This document shows, piece after piece, positions 29,147 to 37,191 of a DNA stretch of 64,000 nt. The position numbers were made by a program, and so were the translations under genes. This DNA is from an uncultured Nitrososphaerota archaeon. Its GTDB lineage: Archaea > Thermoproteota > Nitrososphaeria > Nitrososphaerales > Gagatemarchaeaceae. The notes beneath the pieces were generated by a model. It did no database searches. It was given only the letters and a program-made list of their open reading frames with translations, and had not been told where the DNA came from. Location of the stretch: contig CAWISW010000002.1 of the NCBI GenBank assembly GCA_963838925.1, positions 480,001 through 544,000 of the forward strand, given 5' to 3'. Position 1 is the stretch's first letter; every line of letters starts with the position of its first letter.

Positions 29147-29194
29147 GGTTCTGTTCAATCAACGGCTCTCGTTCTCCGTGTTAAGTCTCGGCTC
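29147..29194 (+). repeat. Terminal inverted repeat at the transposase 3' end
   Basis: 39 of 48 positions match the reverse complement of 31082-31129; the outer 12 bp are perfect. Confidence 0.9.
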
Positions 29195-30310
29195 TTTTGC
29201 CGCGTTCTGGATGATGGTAAGCCACTTGTTCTCGCCTTCGACCGTTATCCCGCAAGCCTCGGCGGGAGTCTTTCCCTCAAGGCCCTCGTGCGGTCTGATG
29301 AAGTTGTGGAAGATTTGATACCCCTTCAAGGCGGGAGAGTCCACATTCTTCAGGCCCCTCATCACCTTCTCTCGGTCTCGGAACTCTCCGTTTAGCCTCT
29401 CCATCTTGTTGTTGTTTCGGTCTCCCTTTAGCGTGATGTGCCGGATGTGCTGAGTCCTCGGATACTTCTGAGTCCAGAACTCTTTCGTGTATGCGTCTTG
29501 GTAATTCTTCGCGCCATCGGTGATGAAGGTCAGAGGCTTCTTTCCGGCGACCTCCTTGCTGACGCTCAGTAGCCTCCGAGCGTCGTGGATGTATTTGGTG
29601 TCCGCGACCTCTTGGGCTATCCAGAAGCGGGTCTCGTCGTCCATCATCGCGTAGAGATACTTCATGTTGCCCTTCACCTTCAAGTAGAGTTCGTCGGCCC
29701 GCCATGTGTCGGAGACGTTGGGTGTGAACTCGCTAAGATACCTCTCCATGAGCTTGACATACTTGCCTATCCAATTGTAGACCGTCACATGGGAAACCGT
29801 CACGCCTTGGAGTAGAAGGAACTTCTGGACGTTCCGAAGGCTCTCACCCGTGAAGTAGAGTTGCATCGCGGAGGTTATCGCTTGCGGGGAGGCCGCCATG
29901 CGCTCGAAGCCGAGATTCTTGACGAACCATTTGCCGCACTGATTGCACTCGTATCTCTGGATGGTGGAGTTCTTGTTCTTCCGGACTCCGTGCTTGATGA
30001 TGTCCTCTGAGCCGCACTCAAGGCAACTCTGGAAGTCCAGAGGCACGACCCGCTTCGAGTTCTCTATCCGTCGCCTAAGCTCTAACGAGAGTTCGACCGC
30101 GAAGATGTGCTTGCACTTGATTACGCGAGTGAGCGCGTCAGGGCAAGAGCAGAACCAACCCGACTCAGTTGAGACGACTTGGTATTCGCCGTTGCCCGAT
30201 TGGCTCTTGACTCTGTATTCGGTCGCGTCGAGCCTTCGGACGTTGCTCTCCACCTCTGCGATTGCTTGGCCTCTCACTTTTCGCGCCTCAAGTTCTTGGA
30301 AGGTAGCCAT
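29159..30310 (-). CDS. IS6-family DDE transposase with N-terminal SWIM finger and zinc ribbon
   Basis: CSCPD...CKH (SWIM), CLEC..CNQC, WRADELY, ITDG, NNKMERLN and HNFIRPH. Confidence 0.92.
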   Translation of the reverse strand: MATFQELEARKVRGQAIAEVESNVRRLDATEYRVKSQSGNGEYQVVSTESGWFCSCPDALTRVIKCKHIFAVELSLELRRRIENSKRVVPLDFQSCLECGSEDIIKHGVRKNKNSTIQRYECNQCGKWFVKNLGFERMAASPQAITSAMQLYFTGESLRNVQKFLLLQGVTVSHVTVYNWIGKYVKLMERYLSEFTPNVSDTWRADELYLKVKGNMKYLYAMMDDETRFWIAQEVADTKYIHDARRLLSVSKEVAGKKPLTFITDGAKNYQDAYTKEFWTQKYPRTQHIRHITLKGDRNNNKMERLNGEFRDREKVMRGLKNVDSPALKGYQIFHNFIRPHEGLEGKTPAEACGITVEGENKWLTIIQNAAKEPRLNTENESR

Positions 30311-30371
30311 CTATCTTTCGCTATCAATAGGTAGCAATCAATAGTCTTATAAAGATATCTAACGCTACCTA

Positions 30372-30515
30372 ATGATGGACATGCAGAAACGCTACATGCT
30401 GACCATGACCGAAGAGATGGAAAAGAAGCTAGAGGTGGAGCGAAAGAAGAGGCTCTTAGATTCGATACCGGAGACCGTGCGAATGATATTGAGCGAGTAT
30501 CTATCAAAGGGTTAG
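30372..30515 (+). CDS. Small ribbon-helix-helix (CopG-like) DNA-binding protein, not in the ORF track
   Basis: MMDMQKRYMLTMTEEMEKKLEVERKKRLLDSIPETVRMILSEYLSKG: alternating strand then two helices; divergent from the transposase. Confidence 0.7.
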   Translation: MMDMQKRYMLTMTEEMEKKLEVERKKRLLDSIPETVRMILSEYLSKG

Positions 30516-30526
30516 ACCCGAGCCGA

Positions 30527-30946
30527 TTGCCCTTGACGAAAAGAAGAGCAGAAACCAGCACCTTTTGGGGTTTAGCGGTTCCGTTGATTGGGTTGGTTCT
30601 GCTCGGAGTATACTTCCCGAGCGTGTGGGGATTTTCCTTCTCTTTCCTTGTCTCATTCGCCGTCGCCGATGTAATCATGTATTACTCTCTGGAGAAAGGA
30701 ACGGGGGCAAAATGGGCGCATGGCGCACGTTCAGAAATCCGCATTTGGATTGTCTTGTTTGTAATAGTGGTGGCTTCTCTCGCAGGGGCGAAGATAGGAG
30801 AGTTTGTAACCGGTCTCAATGCTGTTCAGAACTATTGGTTGATTGTCGGTGAGGCATTCCTGACGGTCGTGACTCTCTATGTCTACCTTGCTTGGAGATA
30901 TAACGACTCATCCCCATCAGAGAACCAAATACCGCAACAATCGTAA
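30527..30946 (+). CDS. IS passenger: hypothetical membrane protein (about 4 TM)
   Basis: Four hydrophobic segments; starts 11 nt after the RHH stop. Confidence 0.65.
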   Translation: MPLTKRRAETSTFWGLAVPLIGLVLLGVYFPSVWGFSFSFLVSFAVADVIMYYSLEKGTGAKWAHGARSEIRIWIVLFVIVVASLAGAKIGEFVTGLNAVQNYWLIVGEAFLTVVTLYVYLAWRYNDSSPSENQIPQQS

Positions 30947-31067
30947 GCTCGAAGTTCAGGTTCAGGGCCTTCGCAATAAGGAGAAATGCAATCTCGCCGA
31001 GTCCGACCTTCGCCATGCGAAGGTATTCTCTGACCTCCTCTTCGGTCATCCCCCCTTGCCTCACCAT
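30816..31067 (-). CDS. IS passenger: possible small membrane protein
   Basis: Two short hydrophobic stretches and GGTGAGG upstream of the second ATG; overlaps the 3' end of the convergent gene. Confidence 0.35.
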   Translation of the reverse strand: MVRQGGMTEEEVREYLRMAKVGLGEIAFLLIAKALNLNFELTIVAVFGSLMGMSRYISKQGRHRESRPSGMPHRQSTNSSEQH

Positions 31068-31081
31068 TTCAGCGTTCCCGC

Positions 31082-31129
31082 GAGCCGAGGCTTAACAGTC
31101 AGAACGCGAGCCGCCCGTTGAACAGAACC
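31082..31129 (-). repeat. Terminal inverted repeat at the passenger end
   Basis: Reverse complement reads GGTTCTGTTCAAcgggCGGCTCgCGTTCTgacTGTTAAGcCTCGGCTC, matching the other end. Confidence 0.9.
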
Positions 31130-31173
31130 CTTTTTCGCAAAGCGTAAATAGCGCCGACCGGAGGAACATCACA

Positions 31174-31455
31174 ATGGACCCGCTTGAGCTTGTCATCATA
31201 GGCATAATCATAGTGGTCGTAGTGGTAATGGGGCCCAAGAGGATCCCGGAGCTGGCAAGGGCCTTGGGATCCGCCAAGAAGGAGTTCAACGCGGGCGCCC
31301 AGGCGACTCCAGCGGCCGGCACGAGCGCATCCGTGGGCTCTCCGATGGGGGGAGACGACCTGATGGTGGCCGCTCAGAGGCTCGGCATCTCGACGGAAGG
31401 CAAGACCAGGGAGCAGATATCTGCCGAGATCGTCCGCAAGACCGCGGGCGCCTAG
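31174..31455 (+). CDS. tatA: Twin-arginine translocase TatA
   Basis: TM + GPKRIPELARALG.AKKEF; C-terminal A..LGI.TEGKTREQI domain. Confidence 0.92.
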   Translation: MDPLELVIIGIIIVVVVVMGPKRIPELARALGSAKKEFNAGAQATPAAGTSASVGSPMGGDDLMVAAQRLGISTEGKTREQISAEIVRKTAGA

Positions 31456-31646
31456 AGCGACGAGACCTTCCCGTGTCAGTGCCTGGCAACATTTCTCCTA
31501 GCGGGGCTTAGGCAGGCGCTCGCGTCAATCATTTAAATCGAGAACGTTCCCAGGTCGCAAGCAGTTGAGAGCCACCTTGGGCGACGCCTCCTGGTTCCTT
31601 CGCTCGCTCGCCTCTGGCTCTCTCGCCCCGGGTCAGGTGTAGAAGC

Positions 31647-32504
31647 CTGAGCTCAGAGTCCCTCAACATAATGGAGCACCTCGACGAGCTGAAGCACAGG
31701 ATGAAGGTGGCCTTCCTGAGCTACGTGGTGATCCTCGCGATCTTCCTCCTGGCCCCGGCAAACCCCGCGAAGGCGATAACCTTCACGGGCACCTACGAGC
31801 CGTTCGTCGCATTCTTCCTCGCGAGGGTGAAGCTGGACCTGCTTCCGGCGGGCTGGACGCTGATCGCCGGCCCCCTGACGGCGCCCCTCGAGGTCTACCT
31901 CGTGGCGTCGGTGGTCCTCGCGGCCGTCTTCAACAGCCCCATATTCGCGTACGAGGTGATGAGGTTCATCACCCCCGCGCTGACGGACAGGGAGAAGGGG
32001 CTCCTCTACCCCTTCGTCACCGCGTCGACCGCGCTCTTCGTGGTCGGGGTGCTGTTCGGCTACTTCCTCCTGGCGAAGTTCCTCTTCATCGCCCTGGAGC
32101 CGTTCTACCAGACCGCTCAGGCGCAGCCCCTGATCAACGTCACGGACTTCTACTCCATCGTCTTCCTCACTGTGGGGATGAGCGGGTTCGCCTTCACGAC
32201 CCCCGTCTACGTCTTCATCCTGATACGCTTCAGGATCCTGAGCCCGCAGACCTTCCGCCACAACAGGGTGATCATCTGGGTTGTAGTCTACATCGCCACA
32301 GCAATCATAACGCCCGACGGCGGGCCCATCCTCGACATCATCCTCTTCGTCCCCATAATCGTGATGCTCGAGCTCGCCGTGTGGCTGGGGGCGCGCTCGA
32401 TCAGGAACCTCGATACCGCTCCCCCCGAGCCCAAGTGCAAGTACTGCGGGACGAAGCTGGGCGGGGCGACCTTCTGCCCGAGCTGCGGACGTGCCGCGGC
32501 TTGA
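31647..32504 (+). CDS. tatC: Twin-arginine translocase TatC with C-terminal zinc ribbon
   Basis: EHLDELK.R, FITPALT..E and ITPDG; tail CKYC..CPSCG. Start is CTG 31647 (SD GGTG) or ATG 31671. Confidence 0.9.
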   Translation: MSSESLNIMEHLDELKHRMKVAFLSYVVILAIFLLAPANPAKAITFTGTYEPFVAFFLARVKLDLLPAGWTLIAGPLTAPLEVYLVASVVLAAVFNSPIFAYEVMRFITPALTDREKGLLYPFVTASTALFVVGVLFGYFLLAKFLFIALEPFYQTAQAQPLINVTDFYSIVFLTVGMSGFAFTTPVYVFILIRFRILSPQTFRHNRVIIWVVVYIATAIITPDGGPILDIILFVPIIVMLELAVWLGARSIRNLDTAPPEPKCKYCGTKLGGATFCPSCGRAAA

Positions 32505-32555
32505 CGCGCGCAGAATGGCTTATACGGGACCGCCCACCGTCGCCTGCTGGGCAAG

Positions 32556-33059
32556 ATGGCTGACATCCCGTCACGCGAGAACGAGGAGAAGCTGAACTCC
32601 GCCGAGGGCTTCGACCAGATATTCGAGCTGGTCAAGAAGTCGGTAGACCGGGTTCTCGGGATACACCGCGCGGGGCTGACCTTGGTCCTTGGAGACATAC
32701 CAAACAACGTAGGCGCCTACCACCAGATGGGGTCGAACGCGATCGTCATGAACAGGAACCTGATGAAGATCGTCTGGCGGTCTACTGAATCCAGGGAGCG
32801 AAGAAACGCCTACACCTTCATGATCCTGCTGCACGAGTACCTGCACACCTTGGGATTCGAGGACGACGCCCAAGTCAGGGACCTCTCCAGGAGGATCACC
32901 GACGCCTACGTAGGCAAGGGGCACATCGCCGGAGAGATGGCCGTGAGCTCGCTCGACAAGTTCTTTCCCGAGATCAGCCAGTATGCGATGTTCCGGGACA
33001 GCGGAGACTTTGAGACGATCCGGAAGTTCGACACCTCAAGCACTTCCTACATCGCCTAG
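32556..33059 (+). CDS. Hypothetical protein with HExxH zincin motif
   Basis: ILLHEYLHTLG preceded by GAY..GSNAIVMN. Confidence 0.7.
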   Translation: MADIPSRENEEKLNSAEGFDQIFELVKKSVDRVLGIHRAGLTLVLGDIPNNVGAYHQMGSNAIVMNRNLMKIVWRSTESRERRNAYTFMILLHEYLHTLGFEDDAQVRDLSRRITDAYVGKGHIAGEMAVSSLDKFFPEISQYAMFRDSGDFETIRKFDTSSTSYIA

Positions 33060-33116
33060 AAACCACAGGAACCCCTATATCCCCAGCCCGAGCGCGCTCG
33101 CCTCAGGTAAACCGTC

Positions 33117-34769
33117 GTGCGCGGCCTGCGAATCCTGGCGGCCTTCGCCGTCCTGCTGGCGACGTACCTCCTAGGCTCGGCCTTCATCGGGACGTCGGCC
33201 GTGATGTACGTCCCATGGTACGCGCTTCTCTCCCTTGGGAGGATAGCGATCGTATACTTCATCGCCCTGGGAGTGGGGCTCGGCTTTGGGATCCTCGCGG
33301 CCACGAACAAGCACGCCGAGAGGGTGCTCGTGCCCTTGTTCGACATCGGGCAGAGCGTCCCGATACTCGGGTACTTCCCGGTCGTACTGACGTTCCTGAT
33401 CCTCGTCTTCCCGCACGGGGTCGGGAACGAGCTCGGGGCCGACTTCTTGCTATTCACCGCCATGGAGTGGGACATCTTCTTCGGGGTCGTCGGCGCGGTC
33501 AAGAACATCCCGAGCTCGGTGGAGGAGGCGGCCCGCGGGTACGGCTTCACGGGCACCAACAACCTGAGATATGTCGTGCTTCCCGCGGTGCTGCCTGCCC
33601 TATTGTCGGCCTCGACGCTGGCCTGGAACGACGGATGGACGTTCGACGTAGCCTCCGAGTTCGTCCGGTTCGCCAACAGCGCGGGAAGCCTCACTACATA
33701 CCAAGTGGCGGGTCTCGGCTCCTACATCGAGCTCGCGACCAACCAGGGGCACGTCGCGGTGTCATGGTACGGCGTGCTCGTGATGGGCGAGATAATCTTC
33801 ATTTCGAACCAGCTGATCTGGCACGCGCTTCAGAACAGGGTGGCTACGCACAAGCCGGTGCTGGCGAGCTTCATAAGGCCCGACCTCCAGTCTCCTTTGC
33901 GCCTCCGGAGGCGCTTCAGGCGGCTCGTGGGGCTGCGCATGAGGCAGGTTGCGCAGACGGTCCGCGTCAGTGAGCAGTTCAGCACCAGGATCCTCGCCGT
34001 CTTCTTCGCGGCCGTGCTCCTGGTGGTCGGGTTCTTGGTCTACGCCCACCTGCCGATAGGAGCGCTCCAAGGGTTTGTGGCCTCCCTGACCAGGAGCGGG
34101 GGGCAGCTGCACAACGTCCCGCTCTACTCGCTCTTCACCGTTGGCAGGCTGTTCGCAGCTTACATCACCTGCGTCGGCATCTCCCTGCTATGCGCAGTGC
34201 TGGCCGTGACCAAGAAGAACTTCACCCGCTACTTCTACCCGCTCTACGACCTCGGAAGGTCCGTCCCGTACCTGGCGGTCTTTCTCCCGCTCTTCGTCAC
34301 GCTTCACGGGTCTCTTCCCGCGGGGGTTAGCCAGGAGATCGCTTCGTTCACGCTCCTGTTGCTGGCGATGGTCTGGTACCTCCTCTTCAACGTCGTGACC
34401 GCGGCGCGTGCCCTCCCGGCAGAGCTGACCGAGGTCTCTGCGGTCTTCGGGCTCAAGGGATGGAAGAGGGTGACCAACATCATCCTTCCGGCGGTGCTGC
34501 CCGCGTTTATCACCGGGTCGCTCCTGGCGTGGGGGGGAGGGTGGAACGTGGTGATATACTCCGAATACGTCCAGCTCGGTACGCAGAGCGCGCCGTTCGT
34601 CGTCCCGGGCCTGGGATACCTCCTCGACAACGCGGCGTACGTGCTCGGTGACATCCCGCTGGTGATCTTCTTCCTCTTCATAATGTCTGGGATAGTGATC
34701 CTCCTGGAGCGGCTCGTCTGGAGGCGTCTCCTGAGGCGCGTGGAGAGGTTCGGAGTGGAGTTCAATTGA
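33117..34769 (+). CDS. NitT/TauT-type ABC transporter, duplicated permease
   Basis: Two permease halves, each with SVP.L and an EAA-like loop (EEAARGYG, EVSAVFG) followed by LPAVLPA. Confidence 0.88.
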   Translation: MRGLRILAAFAVLLATYLLGSAFIGTSAVMYVPWYALLSLGRIAIVYFIALGVGLGFGILAATNKHAERVLVPLFDIGQSVPILGYFPVVLTFLILVFPHGVGNELGADFLLFTAMEWDIFFGVVGAVKNIPSSVEEAARGYGFTGTNNLRYVVLPAVLPALLSASTLAWNDGWTFDVASEFVRFANSAGSLTTYQVAGLGSYIELATNQGHVAVSWYGVLVMGEIIFISNQLIWHALQNRVATHKPVLASFIRPDLQSPLRLRRRFRRLVGLRMRQVAQTVRVSEQFSTRILAVFFAAVLLVVGFLVYAHLPIGALQGFVASLTRSGGQLHNVPLYSLFTVGRLFAAYITCVGISLLCAVLAVTKKNFTRYFYPLYDLGRSVPYLAVFLPLFVTLHGSLPAGVSQEIASFTLLLLAMVWYLLFNVVTAARALPAELTEVSAVFGLKGWKRVTNIILPAVLPAFITGSLLAWGGGWNVVIYSEYVQLGTQSAPFVVPGLGYLLDNAAYVLGDIPLVIFFLFIMSGIVILLERLVWRRLLRRVERFGVEFN

Positions 34770-35548
34770 GCACGACCCCGATACTCAGCGTCAAGAACAT
34801 CGTCAAGATCTTTAGGAACGGCTCGGAGGTCAAGGCCATCGACGACGTCAGCTTCGACGTCAACTACGACGAGTTCATCTGCATAATAGGGCCCTCGGGC
34901 TGCGGGAAGTCGACCCTCCTGAGGATAATCGCAGGCCTCGAGACGGCGGACTCCGGCCAGGTGCTCTTCCGCGGCGAGCCCATAACGAAGCCTTCGCCGA
35001 AGGTCACCATGGTGTTCCAAACCTTCGGCCTCCTCCCGTGGAAGACCGCCATGGAGAACGTCGAGCTGCCGATGGAGGTGGTGGGGATAGAGAAGGTCGC
35101 GGCGAGGGCGGCCGCGGAGCGATACCTCAGGATGGTCGGTCTAGGCTCGTTCGAGAACGCCTATCCGCACGACCTCTCGGGAGGCATGCGCCAGCGCGTC
35201 GGCGTCGCGAGGGCTCTGGCGCTTGGGCCGGAGGTCCTCCTCCTGGACGAGCCCTTCTCCGCCCTCGACGAGCTCACCGCCAAGTCCCTCCGCGTGCTGC
35301 TCCTCCAGATATGGAGCGACTCGTCGCTGCCCACGAACAACTTCGTCATGGTCACCCACAACGTGGAGGAGGCGGTAATGATGGCGGACAGGATAATCGT
35401 GATGTCTCCCAGGCCGGGGAGGGTCGTAGGGGAGCTGAAGGTCCCTCTGCCGCGTCCCAGGTTCGAGCACCTCCGCGACCCGCTCTTCTTCCAAACCGTG
35501 GACAAGCTAATGGGCATGCTCTCGGGAACGACCGAAGAGCAGATGTGA
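34766..35548 (+). CDS. NitT/TauT-type ABC transporter ATP-binding protein
   Basis: GPSGCGKS, LSGGMRQR, DEPFSALD and VTH. Confidence 0.93.
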   Translation: MSTTPILSVKNIVKIFRNGSEVKAIDDVSFDVNYDEFICIIGPSGCGKSTLLRIIAGLETADSGQVLFRGEPITKPSPKVTMVFQTFGLLPWKTAMENVELPMEVVGIEKVAARAAAERYLRMVGLGSFENAYPHDLSGGMRQRVGVARALALGPEVLLLDEPFSALDELTAKSLRVLLLQIWSDSSLPTNNFVMVTHNVEEAVMMADRIIVMSPRPGRVVGELKVPLPRPRFEHLRDPLFFQTVDKLMGMLSGTTEEQM

Positions 35549-35558
35549 TCGCGGCGGC

Positions 35559-36233
35559 TCAGTGCCGAGGCGTGCGTTCCCTTCGCTCCTTCCTCAGGGT
35601 CCGCGCGAGGAAGGTGAGGGTGCTGCCTCGCTTGTGGTACTTGAAGAGCCTGTGGACGTCGCTGGGCCTGTCGACGTCGAACCCCACGCCCCTGGAGTAG
35701 TACACGGCCACGCGCAGCCTGCGGGAGGTCGCGCTCGCGAAGTGCTTGCGGAAGCTGTCGTCGTCGTAGTGAAGGGGGAGCCCGACACCGCGTGTGAGGA
35801 GCAGCATGTTGGTCCCGTCGAACGTCTCCGAAGGCGAGATCACCACCTGCGCCCCCTCGCGGGCCAGCATGGGACCTGCCTTCAGGTCCTCGACGGAGAG
35901 CAGGGGTAAGTCTGCCGGGATGATCAGCTGCCTGTCGAACGATGCGGTCTCCTCGAGCCCGCGGTTGACGGCCGAGTTCACGCCCGCGTCCCCGGGCTCG
36001 GCGACCGAGTTCGCGCCGAACCGTTTCACGAACTCCAGCACGTCTTCGTCCGAGGATACGACGAACGCGTGGCCTATCATCCTGGCCTTGATCAGGGTCT
36101 GCAGCGTGTCCTCGAGCATCGCGACCTGCAGCTGCCTTCGCTGCTTCGAGTCGAGGAGCGAGGAGAGGCGCCCCTTGGGGTTCTCGCCCTTCACGGGGAT
36201 GACCACCGCGGTTGAGCGGTTTGGGCCCGTCAA
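35559..36233 (-). CDS. cofC: 2-phospho-L-lactate/PEP guanylyltransferase (F420 synthesis)
   Basis: IPVK...K.RLS, AMLEDTL, ADLPL, GTN.L and DVD.PSD; in the cof operon. Confidence 0.9.
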   Translation of the reverse strand: MTGPNRSTAVVIPVKGENPKGRLSSLLDSKQRRQLQVAMLEDTLQTLIKARMIGHAFVVSSDEDVLEFVKRFGANSVAEPGDAGVNSAVNRGLEETASFDRQLIIPADLPLLSVEDLKAGPMLAREGAQVVISPSETFDGTNMLLLTRGVGLPLHYDDDSFRKHFASATSRRLRVAVYYSRGVGFDVDRPSDVHRLFKYHKRGSTLTFLARTLRKERRERTPRH

Positions 36234-36243
36234 CGGACGCTGC

Positions 36244-37191
36244 TCACGCCTCCATAGCGACCTTCGCCAACCTCACCTCGTCCTCCCGAGTCCTCATTAA
36301 CGTTGAGGTGAAACGGCAAGAGACCCCTAGCCTTTCTATAGAACTTTGCTGCGCGCGGTCGCTCTCGTCCAGCACGAGCACGTCCACGAGCCCCTTGTAG
36401 AGCCTCGCGACGCCCTCGGACGTAGGTCTGAGGTTCTTCGCCGCCATGAGGCGCGCGGCGGGTCCGGAGAACGCCCCCTCGCCCAGCATGGGGGATACCG
36501 CGACCCTCCTCGCCCCGCTATCGGCCAAGGCGTCCCTCAGCCCGGGTATCGACAAGGTCGGCATCACGCTCGTGATGGGGTTCGCGGGGGAGATGATGAC
36601 GCGGTTGGCGGATCTCAGGGAGTCGAGGACCTGCGCGGTCGCTCGCGCCTCCCCCGCGCCTACGTAGCGCACGTCCTTCGGGGTCAGCAGCCCCTTCTCC
36701 TTGACCCAGAACTCTTGGAGGTGCATCTCCCCCCTTTCCGCCGTGACGATTCGGGTCTCGACGTGGCTGTCAGTCGCCGGAAGGACCGTCCAGCGTCTCA
36801 CGCCCAGACCCCGAGCGATGGCGGAGGTCGCCTCCGTGAGGGTCTTGCCCTCCCTCAAGAGCGCCGTCCTGAGCACGTCGGTGGCCATGTCCCTGTCGCC
36901 GATGTTGAACCAGGTGTCTGGGCTACCTAGCGTCTTCAGCTGGCCCAGGGCTTGGAAGGTGTCCCCCGCGATCCCCCACCCTCTCCTCGCGTCCACTATG
37001 CCTGCGAGCGCGTAGGTGACGGTGTCGATGTCGGGACAGACGTAGAGCCCGTGGAACCAGGCGTTGTCCCCGACGTTGGCGACGACTGTGAAGGAGGCGT
37101 GGGCTTGCAGACCCCGGAGGAACTTTGCCGAGCCGGTGCCTCCCGAAAGGGCGACGACGATGTCGGTGCGCCTAGGCGTGCTCTTGCTCAC
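36244..37191 (-). CDS. cofD: 2-phospho-L-lactate transferase (F420 synthesis)
   Basis: LSGGTG.AKF, NVGD, CPDIDTV.Y, GDRD.A, HLQEFWV, P.NP.TS and SGPA; GTG start overlaps the cofE stop. Confidence 0.93.
   Translation of the reverse strand: MSKSTPRRTDIVVALSGGTGSAKFLRGLQAHASFTVVANVGDNAWFHGLYVCPDIDTVTYALAGIVDARRGWGIAGDTFQALGQLKTLGSPDTWFNIGDRDMATDVLRTALLREGKTLTEATSAIARGLGVRRWTVLPATDSHVETRIVTAERGEMHLQEFWVKEKGLLTPKDVRYVGAGEARATAQVLDSLRSANRVIISPANPITSVMPTLSIPGLRDALADSGARRVAVSPMLGEGAFSGPAARLMAAKNLRPTSEGVARLYKGLVDVLVLDESDRAQQSSIERLGVSCRFTSTLMRTREDEVRLAKVAMEA

Larger units (their letters stand above)
29147..31129 (-). mobile_element. IS6-family insertion sequence carrying passenger genes (1,983 bp)
   Basis: Ends GGTTCTGTTCAA (29147-29158) and TTGAACAGAACC (31118-31129); exact 8-bp direct repeat CTTTTTCG at 29139-29146 and 31130-31137; interior visibly more AT-rich. 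Confidence 0.93.
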
